Origin: a bacterium
GTDB taxonomy: Bacteria > Patescibacteriota > Patescibacteriia > Patescibacteriales > XYC2-FULL-47-12
NCBI GenBank assembly: GCA_030698385.1
Contig: JAUYLZ010000008.1
Location: 1,430-65,429 of the forward strand
Length of the DNA stretch: 64,000 bases
Direction of reading: 5' to 3'
The notes beneath the pieces were generated by a model, which was given only the letters and a program-made list of their open reading frames with translations, ran no database searches and had not been told where the DNA came from. The first letter of the stretch is position 1. Each line of letters begins with the position of its first letter. A program made the translations under genes and the position numbers. Shown here in pieces: positions 39,724-49,959 of this stretch.

Positions 39724-39930
39724 ATGATAATGACCGCAGAAGAGGCGTTCGTAGACACAAATTTTGACGTGCAATGCCCGCATTGTCAGATGTGGATGGG
39801 TCAAACTACAATACACGGCGAACAAAAAATCTGTGAAAATCCAGACTGCAAAAAACCGTTCAAACTTCCCAAAGGTTATGTGTACTTTGAGAAAGACTAT
39901 GTGCACGCCAGTGTAGAAAAAATTGTTTAA
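39724..39930 (+). CDS. Small zinc-ribbon protein
   Basis: Contains CPHC…CENPDC. A TTGACT-17-TAAAAT promoter lies upstream. Confidence 0.45.
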   Translation: MIMTAEEAFVDTNFDVQCPHCQMWMGQTTIHGEQKICENPDCKKPFKLPKGYVYFEKDYVHASVEKIV

Positions 39931-39976
39931 GTTTAATTCGAAAAGTTCTGAACATCATTATAAAAGCGAGTTATTA

Positions 39977-40531
39977 TCACTCGCTTTTTTTTAATAAATG
40001 CTGAAACTTCGTTCGCAGCTTCGCAATTTTTGGTGAAATTACAGCCTGACAATACGGCTGGTCAGAATGGTTTTCATAGTACTCGCGGTGATAGTCTTCC
40101 GCCGGATAAAAAATCTCAAGCGGTTCAAGCGCTGTCGTTATCTTGGCAGAAAAAACTTTTTCTGCCGCTAATTTTTTTATAAAATCTTCAGCCTGCCCGC
40201 GCTCTTCTTCGTTTTTATAAAAAATAACCGATCGATACTGTGTGCCTATGTCATTACCCTGGCGATTTAATGCGGTCGGATCGTGGGTGGCAAAAAATAC
40301 GTTTAGTATGTCTGCGAATTTTATCAAGATCGGATTGTACTCAATTTCTATCGCTTCGGCATGTCCGGTTTTACCGCCGCAGACTTGTTCATAAGTAGGA
40401 TTTGCTACGCTGCCGCCGGCGTACCCGGGACGGACAGAGATAACTCCGCGCAACCGCGAAAAAACTGCTTCTGTGCACCAGAAGCAGCCATTGCCGAAGA
40501 CGATTTTTTTTGCGTCAGAAATATTATCCAT
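39977..40531 (-). CDS. msrA: Peptide methionine-S-sulfoxide reductase
   Basis: Has the GNGCFWCTEAVF active site. Confidence 0.9.
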   Translation of the reverse strand: MDNISDAKKIVFGNGCFWCTEAVFSRLRGVISVRPGYAGGSVANPTYEQVCGGKTGHAEAIEIEYNPILIKFADILNVFFATHDPTALNRQGNDIGTQYRSVIFYKNEEERGQAEDFIKKLAAEKVFSAKITTALEPLEIFYPAEDYHREYYENHSDQPYCQAVISPKIAKLRTKFQHLLKKSE

Positions 40532-40534
40532 TGA

Positions 40535-41029
40535 TTAATTCAATATTACGATATAAAAATTAAGAACCGTCGCGTAACCAACCCAGATGAGATATGGAAC
40601 TAATAGATATGCCGCTAACCTACTTTGTTTATAAAAATTAAGCATCAAAAATAAAATTAACGACCACAGAGTCAAAATCACGATAAAGGCGAGCATGACC
40701 TCCTTGGCGCCAAAAAAAACAGCTGACCAGCCAGCCATTACCAACAAATGCGCCAGAAAAAATTCCATGGAAAAACGAATCTCCTTTTCCTGCCAGCCTT
40801 TTAGCCAAATCAAATAAAACGAATAAGCCATCAAAAAATACAGCGCGCCCCAAACATAACCAAACACCCAGTTGGGCGGCGTCAGACTTGGTTTGTTAAG
40901 TTCGGCGTACCAGATTGAAATAGCCGGAGCGGTGTAAATTGAGCCCAAAAAACCGGCGCCAAAACATAGAACCAGCGACCAAAAAAGCTTTACAAAATCC
41001 AACTCTTTAAAAAAATGCGATTTAAACAT
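40535..41029 (-). CDS. tspO: TspO/MBR family tryptophan-rich membrane protein
   Basis: Five TM helices with WYAELNKPSLTPPNWVFGYVW. Confidence 0.85.
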   Translation of the reverse strand: MFKSHFFKELDFVKLFWSLVLCFGAGFLGSIYTAPAISIWYAELNKPSLTPPNWVFGYVWGALYFLMAYSFYLIWLKGWQEKEIRFSMEFFLAHLLVMAGWSAVFFGAKEVMLAFIVILTLWSLILFLMLNFYKQSRLAAYLLVPYLIWVGYATVLNFYIVILN

Positions 41030-41314
41030 ATTTTTGTTAAATTAAATTTATTACTGTTTTTATTATACCACAAAAAAGACTTTCGACAAAATTTAAAACA
41101 AAAAAACCGCCCCGAGTACTCGGGACGGTCTTTTTAGTTTGACTGACTTATTGAAATGCAAGGTTGCCAATTTTTGGAGTTGTTTTACCCCGCCATTGCT
41201 GGACAAATTTCTTTTTTTGTTTTAGGCGCCTGCCCGCCTCTGGCGGGAATGCCCAAAAAAAGGAATATTTCAGAGTTTTGAAATAAGCCGTTATCAAATG
41301 AGCAAAAAAACTCC

Positions 41315-41935
41315 CTACTTCCTTTTTACATCTGCTTTAATCATTTTTACTATTTCCGGAAATTCAGATATTTTAAAGTGTCCATTTTTACTTTCATAGA
41401 CTATAAAATTTGCATTTTTTAGCTTCCTCTTAAATTTTTCAGAGTGCGCGACAGGAACAACATCATCATCTTTAGAAAACATTAAATATAAATTTTTGGA
41501 ATTTTTCTCAAGCAAAAACAAATTAGATTTTAACTTAAATCCGCCGACTAAATCTTCTTCGGACAAAGTATTGTCATAAGGCGGGCAAATTAAATAAGTT
41601 GAAAGTATTTTTTTGGGAAATTTATTTTCAGACAAATATTTTGCGAGAAAAATCCCCCCTAAAGATGAGCCAATTAAAATGATATTGTTCCGCAATTGAG
41701 GAAAAAAATTTTCAAAATGAATTTTCCATTCTTTATACTTAGCATTGTCTTGCAAAGGCATACGAGGTTTTATAATCTCAAAATTCTTTCCAAGATTTCT
41801 CTTTAAAAACTCATCAGTCCAACTAATTTTTTTCTCAATTGATACTTCTCTTGTTTTTAAAAAATGCAAATAATCTTTCTTGCTTTTGAAAGTCATTCCG
41901 CCATGAATAATAAATATTTGAATTTTCTTTTTCAT
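41315..41935 (-). CDS. Alpha/beta serine hydrolase (YdeN/RBBP9-like)
   Basis: Contains IIHGG, a GSSLGG nucleophile elbow, DDDVVP and NGHF. I start at MKKKIQ. Confidence 0.65.
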   Translation of the reverse strand: MKKKIQIFIIHGGMTFKSKKDYLHFLKTREVSIEKKISWTDEFLKRNLGKNFEIIKPRMPLQDNAKYKEWKIHFENFFPQLRNNIILIGSSLGGIFLAKYLSENKFPKKILSTYLICPPYDNTLSEEDLVGGFKLKSNLFLLEKNSKNLYLMFSKDDDVVPVAHSEKFKRKLKNANFIVYESKNGHFKISEFPEIVKMIKADVKRK

Positions 41936-41995
41936 AGAGATAATATCAAGTACCAAGCCTCATACACGCTGTTGTACGATGTAATTTTAAAATTA

Positions 41996-42766
41996 TTATT
42001 TTTGACAAACAAAAAATACTGGAGGGTGATTATAGACATTATCTTGGTCATGAATGTCGATGTTAGATATCTCATTTTCTCGTTTGGCAAAAATAATATT
42101 AAAACCAGCTTGTTTTATCTGCTTAATGACTGTTGCTTTGTTGGCAATATGCATAAATTGTGTTTGTTTCAGGGCTACCCCATCTATGTGGCGAGTAAAA
42201 ATATAATCGCCAAAATCAACTTCTTTTATTTTTATTCCCAAAGGTTTTAGGATATAAAATTTTAGAAAATTTTTAAACCAGAAAAAACTAAAATCTCTCT
42301 TAACTCTGACATGAGCGGCTAGAATAAAATAACCACCGGGCTTTATAACGCGGTAAATTTCATCAATAGCTTTTTGTCTTTTTTGCTTGCTGGGAATTTG
42401 CCCAAATCCATTTGTAGAAAAAATTGCGTTATCAAATGAGTTGTCGGAATATTTTAATTTTGTTGCGTCACCGATTGCATAACTTATTGCCAGATTTTTT
42501 TCTTGAACAATTTTTTTGGCATTTGCGATCATTTCCGGGACTAAGTCGATTCCTAAAACTTTATATCCCAAATTATAAGTAGGAATAGTTGTTCTACCAG
42601 TGCCGCACCCAATATCTAACAAAGTTGATTTTGGCTTAAAAAATTTGGCAATCAGGATTTTTTCGCTATTCCATAAACCTCTATCAGCTTTTTTAAGATA
42701 ATTTTTTTGAGTTACATCAGAGCCAAATTCTTTGATTATATTTTTTTGTAAATCTTCAACTGTCAT
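41996..42766 (-). CDS. Class I SAM-dependent methyltransferase
   Basis: Has motif I LLDIGCGTGRTT. Confidence 0.75.
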   Translation of the reverse strand: MTVEDLQKNIIKEFGSDVTQKNYLKKADRGLWNSEKILIAKFFKPKSTLLDIGCGTGRTTIPTYNLGYKVLGIDLVPEMIANAKKIVQEKNLAISYAIGDATKLKYSDNSFDNAIFSTNGFGQIPSKQKRQKAIDEIYRVIKPGGYFILAAHVRVKRDFSFFWFKNFLKFYILKPLGIKIKEVDFGDYIFTRHIDGVALKQTQFMHIANKATVIKQIKQAGFNIIFAKRENEISNIDIHDQDNVYNHPPVFFVCQK

Positions 42767-42820
42767 AGCTGGTTTTAATTATTAAAATTATTTCGTACAA
42801 CTAGCGATTAACCCCGCCTA

Positions 42821-43660
42821 CTACGGACGTGGATTAATACCGATAAACGGGCTTGCCGCGCCCCAATACTGCGGCGTCTTGCCGTCCCATTTTTCAATCC
42901 AGCGAAGTTCCACCACTTGCGCGTTGGCGCGCAAGGCTTCCGCCTCGATCTGGATTGCCTGCGCCTTGCCCCGCGCTTCCTCAATTTTTTGGTCAGCTTC
43001 AATTCTGATGCGTTCTAAATCTCTGTCTGCTTTTAACTTCAGCTGTTCAGCGGTAACTTTGGCCTCAATTGCTTCATTAAACGCGGCCGAAAAATTAAAA
43101 TCAATAATATTAAACTCATCAACAAATAAATTTCGTTCTAATAATCTCTCTGTTAAATTTAACTTGATCTGATCCTTTACTTCTTCACGCTTGGTGATTA
43201 ATTCCTCGGCCGTGAACTTCGCTGTTACCGCCTTGACCGCCTCCTGAATGGACGGAGAAATTATGCGCGCATTGTAGTTTGTGCCGACCTCCTGCCAGAC
43301 TTTGTTCACTGAACTCGGATCCAGGTGATAATTCAGCGCAATTCTTGAGGTCACGATCTGCAAATCCTTTGACGACGCGCTAGCCGCCACTTCGTCTTTT
43401 TGAATTTTCACGTCCATTTTTACTACGCTTTGCACAAAAGGTATTTTGAAATACAATCCCTCGTCAAAAACCTTGTCCTGCACGGCGCCAAACTGCAAAA
43501 GCACGCCGCGCTCGCCGGCGCCGACTGTACCAACCGCGTTGACCGCAAGTACCAACAAAACCAGCCCTGCCGCGACGTACGCGCCAAACTTAGCGCCTTT
43601 TTTAACATTTGCCTTGACCTCCTTTTTTATCTCCTCAAATTTTTGATCGATTATTTCCAT
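42821..43660 (-). CDS. SPFH/band-7 (prohibitin-like) membrane protein
   Basis: Has an N-terminal TM segment, an SPFH core and a C-terminal coiled coil (EAEALRANAQ). Confidence 0.8.
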   Translation of the reverse strand: MEIIDQKFEEIKKEVKANVKKGAKFGAYVAAGLVLLVLAVNAVGTVGAGERGVLLQFGAVQDKVFDEGLYFKIPFVQSVVKMDVKIQKDEVAASASSKDLQIVTSRIALNYHLDPSSVNKVWQEVGTNYNARIISPSIQEAVKAVTAKFTAEELITKREEVKDQIKLNLTERLLERNLFVDEFNIIDFNFSAAFNEAIEAKVTAEQLKLKADRDLERIRIEADQKIEEARGKAQAIQIEAEALRANAQVVELRWIEKWDGKTPQYWGAASPFIGINPRP

Positions 43661-43694
43661 ACATTTTTTATTATTAAATTATTTTTTTTTTAAA

Positions 43695-44297
43695 CTAACC
43701 GCCATTCTGCCACTTCAGAACAAAATCAACCGGATGAATCAACATAATAATATTCAGAGTCAAATTATCCCGAATCCAATAACCGACAAAAAGCTCGAGG
43801 GCTATCACCAGCGCCACGCTTACCCAAACCTGCTCGCGGTGCGCCAGATAAAAACCAAACATCATATATAATATATCACTCATTGAATTCAAAACGCTGT
43901 CACCGAAATAATCCAGCGATATTGTTACCTCGCGATAGCGATTGATGATGATGCTTGAATTTTCAAAAACCTCCCAAGCCGCCTCAATTAATACGGCAAT
44001 TACCAAACGCCAGCCCGGCGTCAGCCAGGAAAAGTACCGCGGAAATTTTTTTGCCAAAAGCCATAGCAACAAGTAAAATAAAAAACCGTGAATGACGTGT
44101 GATATGGAATACCAGTCTGAGATATGCTGGGAGTTTTCAGAACTAAAAACAACTCCGTGCCAAAATTTAATATCACCACACTCACAAATTAAAACTCTGC
44201 CCATCATGAGCTCCAGCAACGCGGCCGTAGCTATAAAAATAATAATTGGCAAACCATATACCCACCAAGGCTGTTTTTTTTGAAAAAAATCTTTCAT
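43695..44297 (-). CDS. DUF2585/UPF0314-like membrane protein
   Basis: Contains GRVLICECGDIKFWHG…SQHISDWYSISHVIHG; assigned from my recollection of the family. Confidence 0.5.
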   Translation of the reverse strand: MKDFFQKKQPWWVYGLPIIIFIATAALLELMMGRVLICECGDIKFWHGVVFSSENSQHISDWYSISHVIHGFLFYLLLWLLAKKFPRYFSWLTPGWRLVIAVLIEAAWEVFENSSIIINRYREVTISLDYFGDSVLNSMSDILYMMFGFYLAHREQVWVSVALVIALELFVGYWIRDNLTLNIIMLIHPVDFVLKWQNGG

Positions 44298-44404
44298 AAA
44301 TTAATTAATTTAATATTGTCTTTATTGTACGTTGAAATCGACAAATTTGCAAAAAAAAATCAAAGTAGTATGCTATTAAATAATGCTATTTGGGAGGTGC
44401 GAAT

Positions 44405-44740
44405 ATGAAAAAATTGCGTCGCTCTTTTACTTTGACTCATAGTGAACGAAGAGAAATAATTTTAGTTTTTCATAGTACCGGCCAGTTTATAACCGCGCAG
44501 CGGCAAGAAATTGCCGACCACGTCTGGATAGAGATGGAAAAACTAAATAACGCCTTGGAGTCATACGGGCTTTCGTTCGCCGATCTTGGCGCCGGCTTTG
44601 GCAAAAGCATTGATGAAATCAAATTAGAATTAAGCAATTGCTTTGCCTATGAATGGATAATGAAGTACGGTAATGTTTATCGTACCTACCACTGGGAAAC
44701 AGTTCATGAAATGCCCGAAGAGGTACGGTTACATGCCTAA
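44405..44740 (+). CDS. Hypothetical protein
   Basis: The SD gggaggtg lies 5 nt before ATG 44405. No motif recognised. Confidence 0.45.
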   Translation: MKKLRRSFTLTHSERREIILVFHSTGQFITAQRQEIADHVWIEMEKLNNALESYGLSFADLGAGFGKSIDEIKLELSNCFAYEWIMKYGNVYRTYHWETVHEMPEEVRLHA

Positions 44741-44990
44741 ACTTCCCCATAAACATTCACGGAAAAGCGACAAACTTTTCCGTTTTTTTTTACAAACTAT
44801 TAATTGAGATGGCTATGATATCGTGCCGGCGACTCATACTGATGATACAGTAAACACCACACTGAGAAAAAACAAGTATCTTTTAAAAAATAGAGAAATT
44901 GACAAAGCAAGAAAAAAAGATATAAATGAAAATAGGAAGATAAAGCAAGCCCTGAACACAGGCGTAAATTTTTTTGTAAAAAATAATTAA

Positions 44991-46025
44991 ATGGAATTAA
45001 CCAGACAGCAACAATATAAAAAAATGTTCCCCGATCAGCCAGTGTGGCGCTGGGAGCAAATTGAACGCGCTTTTTTTAACCCGCAAATAACCAACTGGCT
45101 TGATATCACCACTATTTCAGCTGACCTGCGCGCCAGCTTAACGCAAAATCTGCCTTGGCTGACAGTTACGCCGGACAAACTCTTTACCAGCCGTGATCAA
45201 CAGACTTACAAAGCCTTACTGGCTCTAATAGATGGCGAAAAAATTGAAACGGTGCTGATGAAAAACAAACGCGGCCAGTGGAGTGTTTGCGTGTCGTCAC
45301 AAGTCGGCTGCGCCATGAACTGCAGTTTTTGCGCCACCGGACGCATGGGCCTGCGGCGAAACCTGACTAGCGATGAAATAGCGGACCAGCTGCGCTATTG
45401 GTTCTACTTCCTGCGGGATAAAAAAATTACCGAGCGCGTCAGCAATATCGTCATGATGGGCATGGGCGAGCCGCTGGCGAACTATGATAATGTGGTAACA
45501 GCGCTATGGCAGTGGCTTCACCACACCGATATTGGCGCCAACCACATCACGGTTTCAACCGTTGGTCTCATGCCTTTTTTAAAAAAAATTCTGGAAGATA
45601 AAGACTGGCCGCCGGTGCGTCTGGCCATATCACTGCATAGCGCCAATGAAACCTTGCGCAAAAAAATCGTTCCCTCCACCGGCGCCAACTTTTTGGCAGA
45701 ACTTGCCGCGTGGGTAAAAGAGTATTTAAAAATAAAAGGCAGTAATAAACGCCACATCACTTTTGAATACATTCTCCTGCGCGGCGTCAATGACAGCGCG
45801 CGCGACGCCAAAACACTCGCCGACTTTGTCATGAAAACCGGCCGTATCAAGGTAAACCTCATTCCTTTCAACGATATTAATGACGCGCGTCTAGAGCGCA
45901 GTCCAGGAGCTGATGAATTTGCCAAAATTTTAACCAGCTGCGGCGTGACAACTACCGTACGCCAAAGCGCCGGCGCCGACATTATGGCCGCCTGCGGACA
46001 GCTCGCCGGAGACGATCGTAATTAA
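44991..46025 (+). CDS. rlmN: 23S rRNA/tRNA A2503-C2 methyltransferase (radical SAM)
   Basis: Contains CVSSQVGCAMNCSFCATG and MGMGEPL, with a C-terminal catalytic Cys. Confidence 0.9.
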   Translation: MELTRQQQYKKMFPDQPVWRWEQIERAFFNPQITNWLDITTISADLRASLTQNLPWLTVTPDKLFTSRDQQTYKALLALIDGEKIETVLMKNKRGQWSVCVSSQVGCAMNCSFCATGRMGLRRNLTSDEIADQLRYWFYFLRDKKITERVSNIVMMGMGEPLANYDNVVTALWQWLHHTDIGANHITVSTVGLMPFLKKILEDKDWPPVRLAISLHSANETLRKKIVPSTGANFLAELAAWVKEYLKIKGSNKRHITFEYILLRGVNDSARDAKTLADFVMKTGRIKVNLIPFNDINDARLERSPGADEFAKILTSCGVTTTVRQSAGADIMAACGQLAGDDRN

Positions 46026-46029
46026 AAAA

Positions 46030-47650
46030 TCCTGACTTGTACCTTCGCCAAAATCTAAAAAATAATTTAGCTAAAGTATAATAAAAATTGTCTAAAAAAA
46101 TTAAATTTGTCATACTAAGGGTAATAATCATGCCCTTATGTACCATATTCGCACAACTAAAACTTCCTCTAAAGCGACGGCTGTCCAAGTGGTCAGATAC
46201 GAAGACCGCAAGCTGATCGTAGCGGCGCACGTCGGCAGCGCCCATAATGCGGAGGAATTAAACGCTCTGAAAAAGTCAGCCTCTGTCTGGATTGAAAAAG
46301 CCTCTAAACAAGCATCTCTGTTCCCGGTTAGCCAGTTAAGCGCTAATTTCATCCAGCTCGACAAATGCCGATACCTGGGCGTGCGTTATGGATTTATCCA
46401 CGAAGTTCTGATGCGGATCGCCGGACATTTTGATTTCTGCTCTTTGACGGATAAAGCCATGTTTATCGATCTGATCATCATCCGCATTATCGAACCGGCG
46501 TCCAAGCTCTATTCCCTGGAACTGCTCAATGAATTTTTCAATATCAAATATCTACGTAAGGATTTCTACCGCTACCTGCCAGAATTCGCTTTGTTAAAAG
46601 ACAAAACAGAAAACAAAATTTTAGCTCTGGCTAAAAATGAATTTAATTTCGATTTCTCTCTTGTTTTTTACGATGTGACCACGCTCTATTTCGAAACTTT
46701 CCAGTCAGACGAGTTGCGGAAGCCGGGATTCTCGAAAGACAACAAATCGCAGTAGCCGCAGATCCTGATCGGCTTGATCGTAGACGCCCAAGGGTTTCCG
46801 GTCGCCTACGAGATGTTTCAAGGCAATGAATTCGAAGGCAAGACGTTCATCCCGATTATTTCCGCTTTTAAAAGAAAGCATGATATCAAAGAGCTGACGG
46901 TAGTGGCTGATGCCGCCATGCTGAGCATGGACAATGTCAAAGCGCTTAAGGCTAACGGATTGTCATATATCGTCGGAGCGCGCCTCGGCAATCTGCCGGG
47001 TAAGCTGAGCAAGGAGATTGATCTGAAGCTGGAACGGAAAAACAAAGCCAATATCAGAGTAGAAACAGAACACGGAATGTTGGTCTGCGATTGGAGCGAA
47101 AAACGCTACCGCAAGGACAAGTCTGATATGGACAAGCAGATCAAGAAGGCGGAAATGCTCTTAAAAAATCCCGGACGGACCAAGCGGGCTAAATTCGTCA
47201 AAGGCAAAAACAAGACCGAACTGGAAATGAATGACGAGCTGATCGAGAAAACCAAACTGCTTCTGGGAATCAAGGGGTATTACACTAATCTGCCGGAAGA
47301 GATCGATAATGAAACTATCGTCAGGCAATATCATAACCTGTGGCACGTAGAGCTGGCATTCAGGATAGCTAAAAGCGATTTGGAAATCAGGCCGATTTAT
47401 CATTTTAAACGAGAGACGATCGAGGTCCATATTCTGATCTGCTTTATGGCTCTGGCCATCTGCAAATACATGGAAATCAAAACCGGCATTTCAACCAGAC
47501 AGATTATCAAGATTTTAAAGAGCGTTACCGACGCCAGGATTAAAAATATGCTTACTGGAGAGGAAATTACAATGCGGTCGGAATTATCTGCTGAAATTAA
47601 AACAATTTTATCAAGACTTGGGCTGTCATACTAAAAGGGACAAGTCGGGA
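46030..47650 (+). mobile_element. IS1634/IS4-like insertion sequence (~1.62 kb)
   Basis: The terminal inverted repeats are tcctgacttgtacc (46030-46043) and the reverse complement of gggacaagtcggga (47637-47650), matching 12 of 14. The subterminal direct repeat tgtcatactaa occurs near both ends. The IS sits between the rlmN stop and the shared rlmN/greA terminator. Confidence 0.75.
46138..47634 (+). pseudogene. DDE transposase interrupted by one in-frame TAG (46753-46755)
   Basis: Both ORFs are in the same frame. The junction …FSKDNKSQ*PQILIGLIVDAQGFPV… is continuous. The DDE blocks are FYDVTTLYFE, VVADAAMLS and YHNLWHVELAFRIAKSDLEIRPIYH. Confidence 0.7.
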
Positions 47651-47679
47651 AAAATCGCCCCCTAACTAGGGGCGACTTT

Positions 47680-48228
47680 TTATTGAATCCTAATAATCCT
47701 GTACTCAACCTCTCGGTCTTTTAACTTTATCTTAATAACATCGCCCGCTTGTTTATCCAAAAGCGCCTCGCCCAAGGGGGAGCTGTCAGAAATAATATTT
47801 TTGTCAGGATTCGTTTCGCCCGAACCAAGAATCTGATATTTTTTTTGTTTCCCCGCCGAAGTTTCAACGGAGGAGGGCTTGCCACCCATTTCAACCGTTA
47901 CAGTATGCCCAATTTGTACAGTCAAATTACTTTTTGGCTCTTCAATTATAACAGCGTGATTCAACAAGTACGCAAGTTTTGTCATGCGATTATTAAGCCC
48001 GCGCAATCTGCCTTTGGCGATTTGGTAGGCCGCGTTTTCGGAAAAGTCACCCATTTCAGCCAAACGTTTGACCTCATTAGCCAGCTGCGGGCGTTCCTTT
48101 TTTAGATGCTCCAAAGACCTGGCCAGATTATCAAACTTTTTCTGGGTGATACGCAGATCAATATTTTCTTCTTTTTTATCATAACGACGGGTGGGGACTC
48201 TCATAAAAGTATACTTAGTACGTATCAA
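47680..48228 (-). CDS. greA: Transcription elongation factor GreA
   Basis: Has the coiled-coil finger with GDFSENAAY and a C-terminal FKBP-like domain (SPLGEALLDKQAGDVI). The N-terminal start is uncertain. Confidence 0.85.
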   Translation of the reverse strand: MIRTKYTFMRVPTRRYDKKEENIDLRITQKKFDNLARSLEHLKKERPQLANEVKRLAEMGDFSENAAYQIAKGRLRGLNNRMTKLAYLLNHAVIIEEPKSNLTVQIGHTVTVEMGGKPSSVETSAGKQKKYQILGSGETNPDKNIISDSSPLGEALLDKQAGDVIKIKLKDREVEYRIIRIQ

Positions 48229-48313
48229 TCATACAGCATATTCAAATATCTGAGAAGCAAGTGATAAATAATTATCAAATATCGCAATTTTTTGCTATAC
48301 TATAATAAATGTA

Positions 48314-49381
48314 TTGTTTACTTATTTAATTCATAATCATATGGACTTTTCAAACTTTAAAATTTCTCATTTTCTCAAAATTGCCGGCGTGGCGCTGGTA
48401 ACTATTATTGTGGTTGCCATTGCCTTTCGCCTGCTGGGATCATCATTTACCTCAATTATAAAACAAACTAAACTAGGTAATGTCTCCTCCGGCGGCATGT
48501 TCGCTTACGACCTGGATAAAGGGTACGCGGAAAACATGGCCGATGGCGCAGATAGTGGCGCCGCCTTGTCAGCTAGAAACGTAATCGCGGAACCAGCTTT
48601 TATGCCGCCGCGTGAGGATGAAATCATCAGCGGTGATGACGCGGAAGAATTTGAAGTAACTGAGTATAATGCCTACATTGAAACCAGGCACCTGGATACA
48701 ACTTGCGCGGCGATCACAGACCTCAAAACACGCGCGGATGTTATCTTTGAAAACGCCAACGAGTATGACCAAGGCTGCGGTTACAACTTCAAGGTCAAAC
48801 GTGAAAGTGTTGCTGAGGTTTTAACATTAATAAAAAACCTAGATCCGAAGGATTTATCCGAAAATACCTTTACGATAAAAAAACAAATCGAAGACTTCAC
48901 CTCAGAAACCGAAATTCTGCAAAAAAAACTTGACTCAATTAACGAAACTCTGGAAAATGCTATCTCCGCCTACGATGATATCACTGAGCTCGCCACCCAA
49001 ACGCGGGACGCGGAAAGCCTCGCCAAAATAATTGACAGCAAAATCGGCATTATCGAACGGCTGACTCAGTCGAGAATTAATACCGGCGCGCAACTGGAGC
49101 GGCTTGAGCGCGCCAAGGCCGAAGCGCTGGACAGGCTAGCCTACACCTACTTTCATGTCAATATCAGTGAAAATAAATTCATTGATGGCGAACAGCTAAA
49201 AGACTCATGGAAAATGGCGGTGAAACAATTCGTCCGCGATGTAAATGATATCGCCCAAGACCTCTCTATCAATCTGGCAACACTCCTGCTTTTGATTCTG
49301 CAGTATGTAATCTACCTGGGTATTATTCTAGTCATTGCCAAATACGGCTGGCGGCTGGCTAAGTACTTTTGGCAAAAATGA
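48314..49381 (+). CDS. Membrane protein with a central coiled coil (DUF4349-like)
   Basis: Has N- and C-terminal TM helices and a coiled-coil middle. The start may be M10. Confidence 0.45.
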   Translation: MFTYLIHNHMDFSNFKISHFLKIAGVALVTIIVVAIAFRLLGSSFTSIIKQTKLGNVSSGGMFAYDLDKGYAENMADGADSGAALSARNVIAEPAFMPPREDEIISGDDAEEFEVTEYNAYIETRHLDTTCAAITDLKTRADVIFENANEYDQGCGYNFKVKRESVAEVLTLIKNLDPKDLSENTFTIKKQIEDFTSETEILQKKLDSINETLENAISAYDDITELATQTRDAESLAKIIDSKIGIIERLTQSRINTGAQLERLERAKAEALDRLAYTYFHVNISENKFIDGEQLKDSWKMAVKQFVRDVNDIAQDLSINLATLLLLILQYVIYLGIILVIAKYGWRLAKYFWQK

Positions 49382-49478
49382 CGAGGTAAAAAAACACAAT
49401 AAATAAATCAGGCGAAAAATAAAACCGGTTGAAACACAGCCGGTTTTATTTATTATATTCAGGAATCTTATTAGCTAC

Positions 49479-49495
49479 TTGCAAATGATTTGCAA
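49479..49495. promoter_or_regulatory. Perfect 7-3-7 palindrome overlapping the zur promoter (candidate Zur box)
   Basis: ttgcaaa-tga-tttgcaa. It contains the -35 TTGCAA, and TAAACT lies 17 nt downstream. Confidence 0.55.
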
Positions 49496-49515
49496 CTATG
49501 CTAAACTGTGAATAT

Positions 49516-49908
49516 ATGGAAAATCTTATTCAAACACTAAAAAAACAAAAGATAAAACTAACCAAACCGCGCGAACATGTACTGGGCGTATTATCGCGGA
49601 CACACCACCCTATTTCGGCGCAAGCCATATTTCAAGAAATTAAAAAAATTGATCTGGCTTCAGTCTATCGCACGCTTAGCTTGCTGGAAAAACTGTCACT
49701 TGTGCATATTGAGGTCATTAACCAAGAAAAACTCTACTGTCTGGAAACGCGGCCGCACCACCACATTATCTGCCAAAACTGCGGCTATACCAAAAGTTTT
49801 GACTGCGAGCATCTGTTTAATAAGGTAAAAAACTTTACCAACATCAAACACCAATTAACCTTAACCGGCCTCTGTGAAAAATGCGGCGTTTCGTCTCCGC
49901 CCAAATAA
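49516..49908 (+). CDS. zur: Fur-family metalloregulator (Zur-like)
   Basis: Has a wHTH, HHHIICQNCG and CEKCG. It lies upstream of znuABC. The ORF also opens at 49498. Confidence 0.8.
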   Translation: MENLIQTLKKQKIKLTKPREHVLGVLSRTHHPISAQAIFQEIKKIDLASVYRTLSLLEKLSLVHIEVINQEKLYCLETRPHHHIICQNCGYTKSFDCEHLFNKVKNFTNIKHQLTLTGLCEKCGVSSPPK

Positions 49909-49959
49909 TTAGCCGGCTATTTTTGCCTTAAATCACTAGTAATATTTTAAAATAAAAAA

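Noticed and set aside
39697-39906. 69-aa minus-strand ORF
   Set aside because: It is the antisense shadow of the plus-strand zinc-ribbon ORF (39724-39930), which has CxxC pairs and a consensus promoter. The minus-strand product is a low-complexity hydrophobic sequence with no ribosome-binding site.
41157-41290. 41-aa ORF and GC-rich segment in the tspO / hydrolase intergenic region
   Set aside because: The ORF has no ribosome-binding site and runs through a half palindromic mini-element (cccgcctctggcggg). It is most likely repeat debris.
42808-43002. 64-aa Arg-rich ORF overlapping the SPFH gene 3' end
   Set aside because: It is an alternative frame of the prohibitin-like gene. Its highly basic low-complexity product is typical of out-of-frame translation.
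45518-45982. 154-aa ORF antisense to rlmN, and similar long antisense ORFs
   Set aside because: The other antisense ORFs include 10507-10854, 13122-13469, 14237-14587, 18477-19307, 36948-37460 and 60213-60560. All are fully nested antisense to genes with strong family signatures. Their products are biased (Ser/Pro/Arg-rich), as expected for reverse frames.
46753-46755. In-frame TAG in the transposase as evidence of stop-codon reassignment
   Set aside because: TAG clearly terminates other well-supported genes here: the M16 peptidase at 6495-6497, the GHKL ATPase at 18254-18256 and the beta-helix protein at 19498-19500. Genome-wide recoding is therefore unlikely. A local nonsense mutation or readthrough remains possible.
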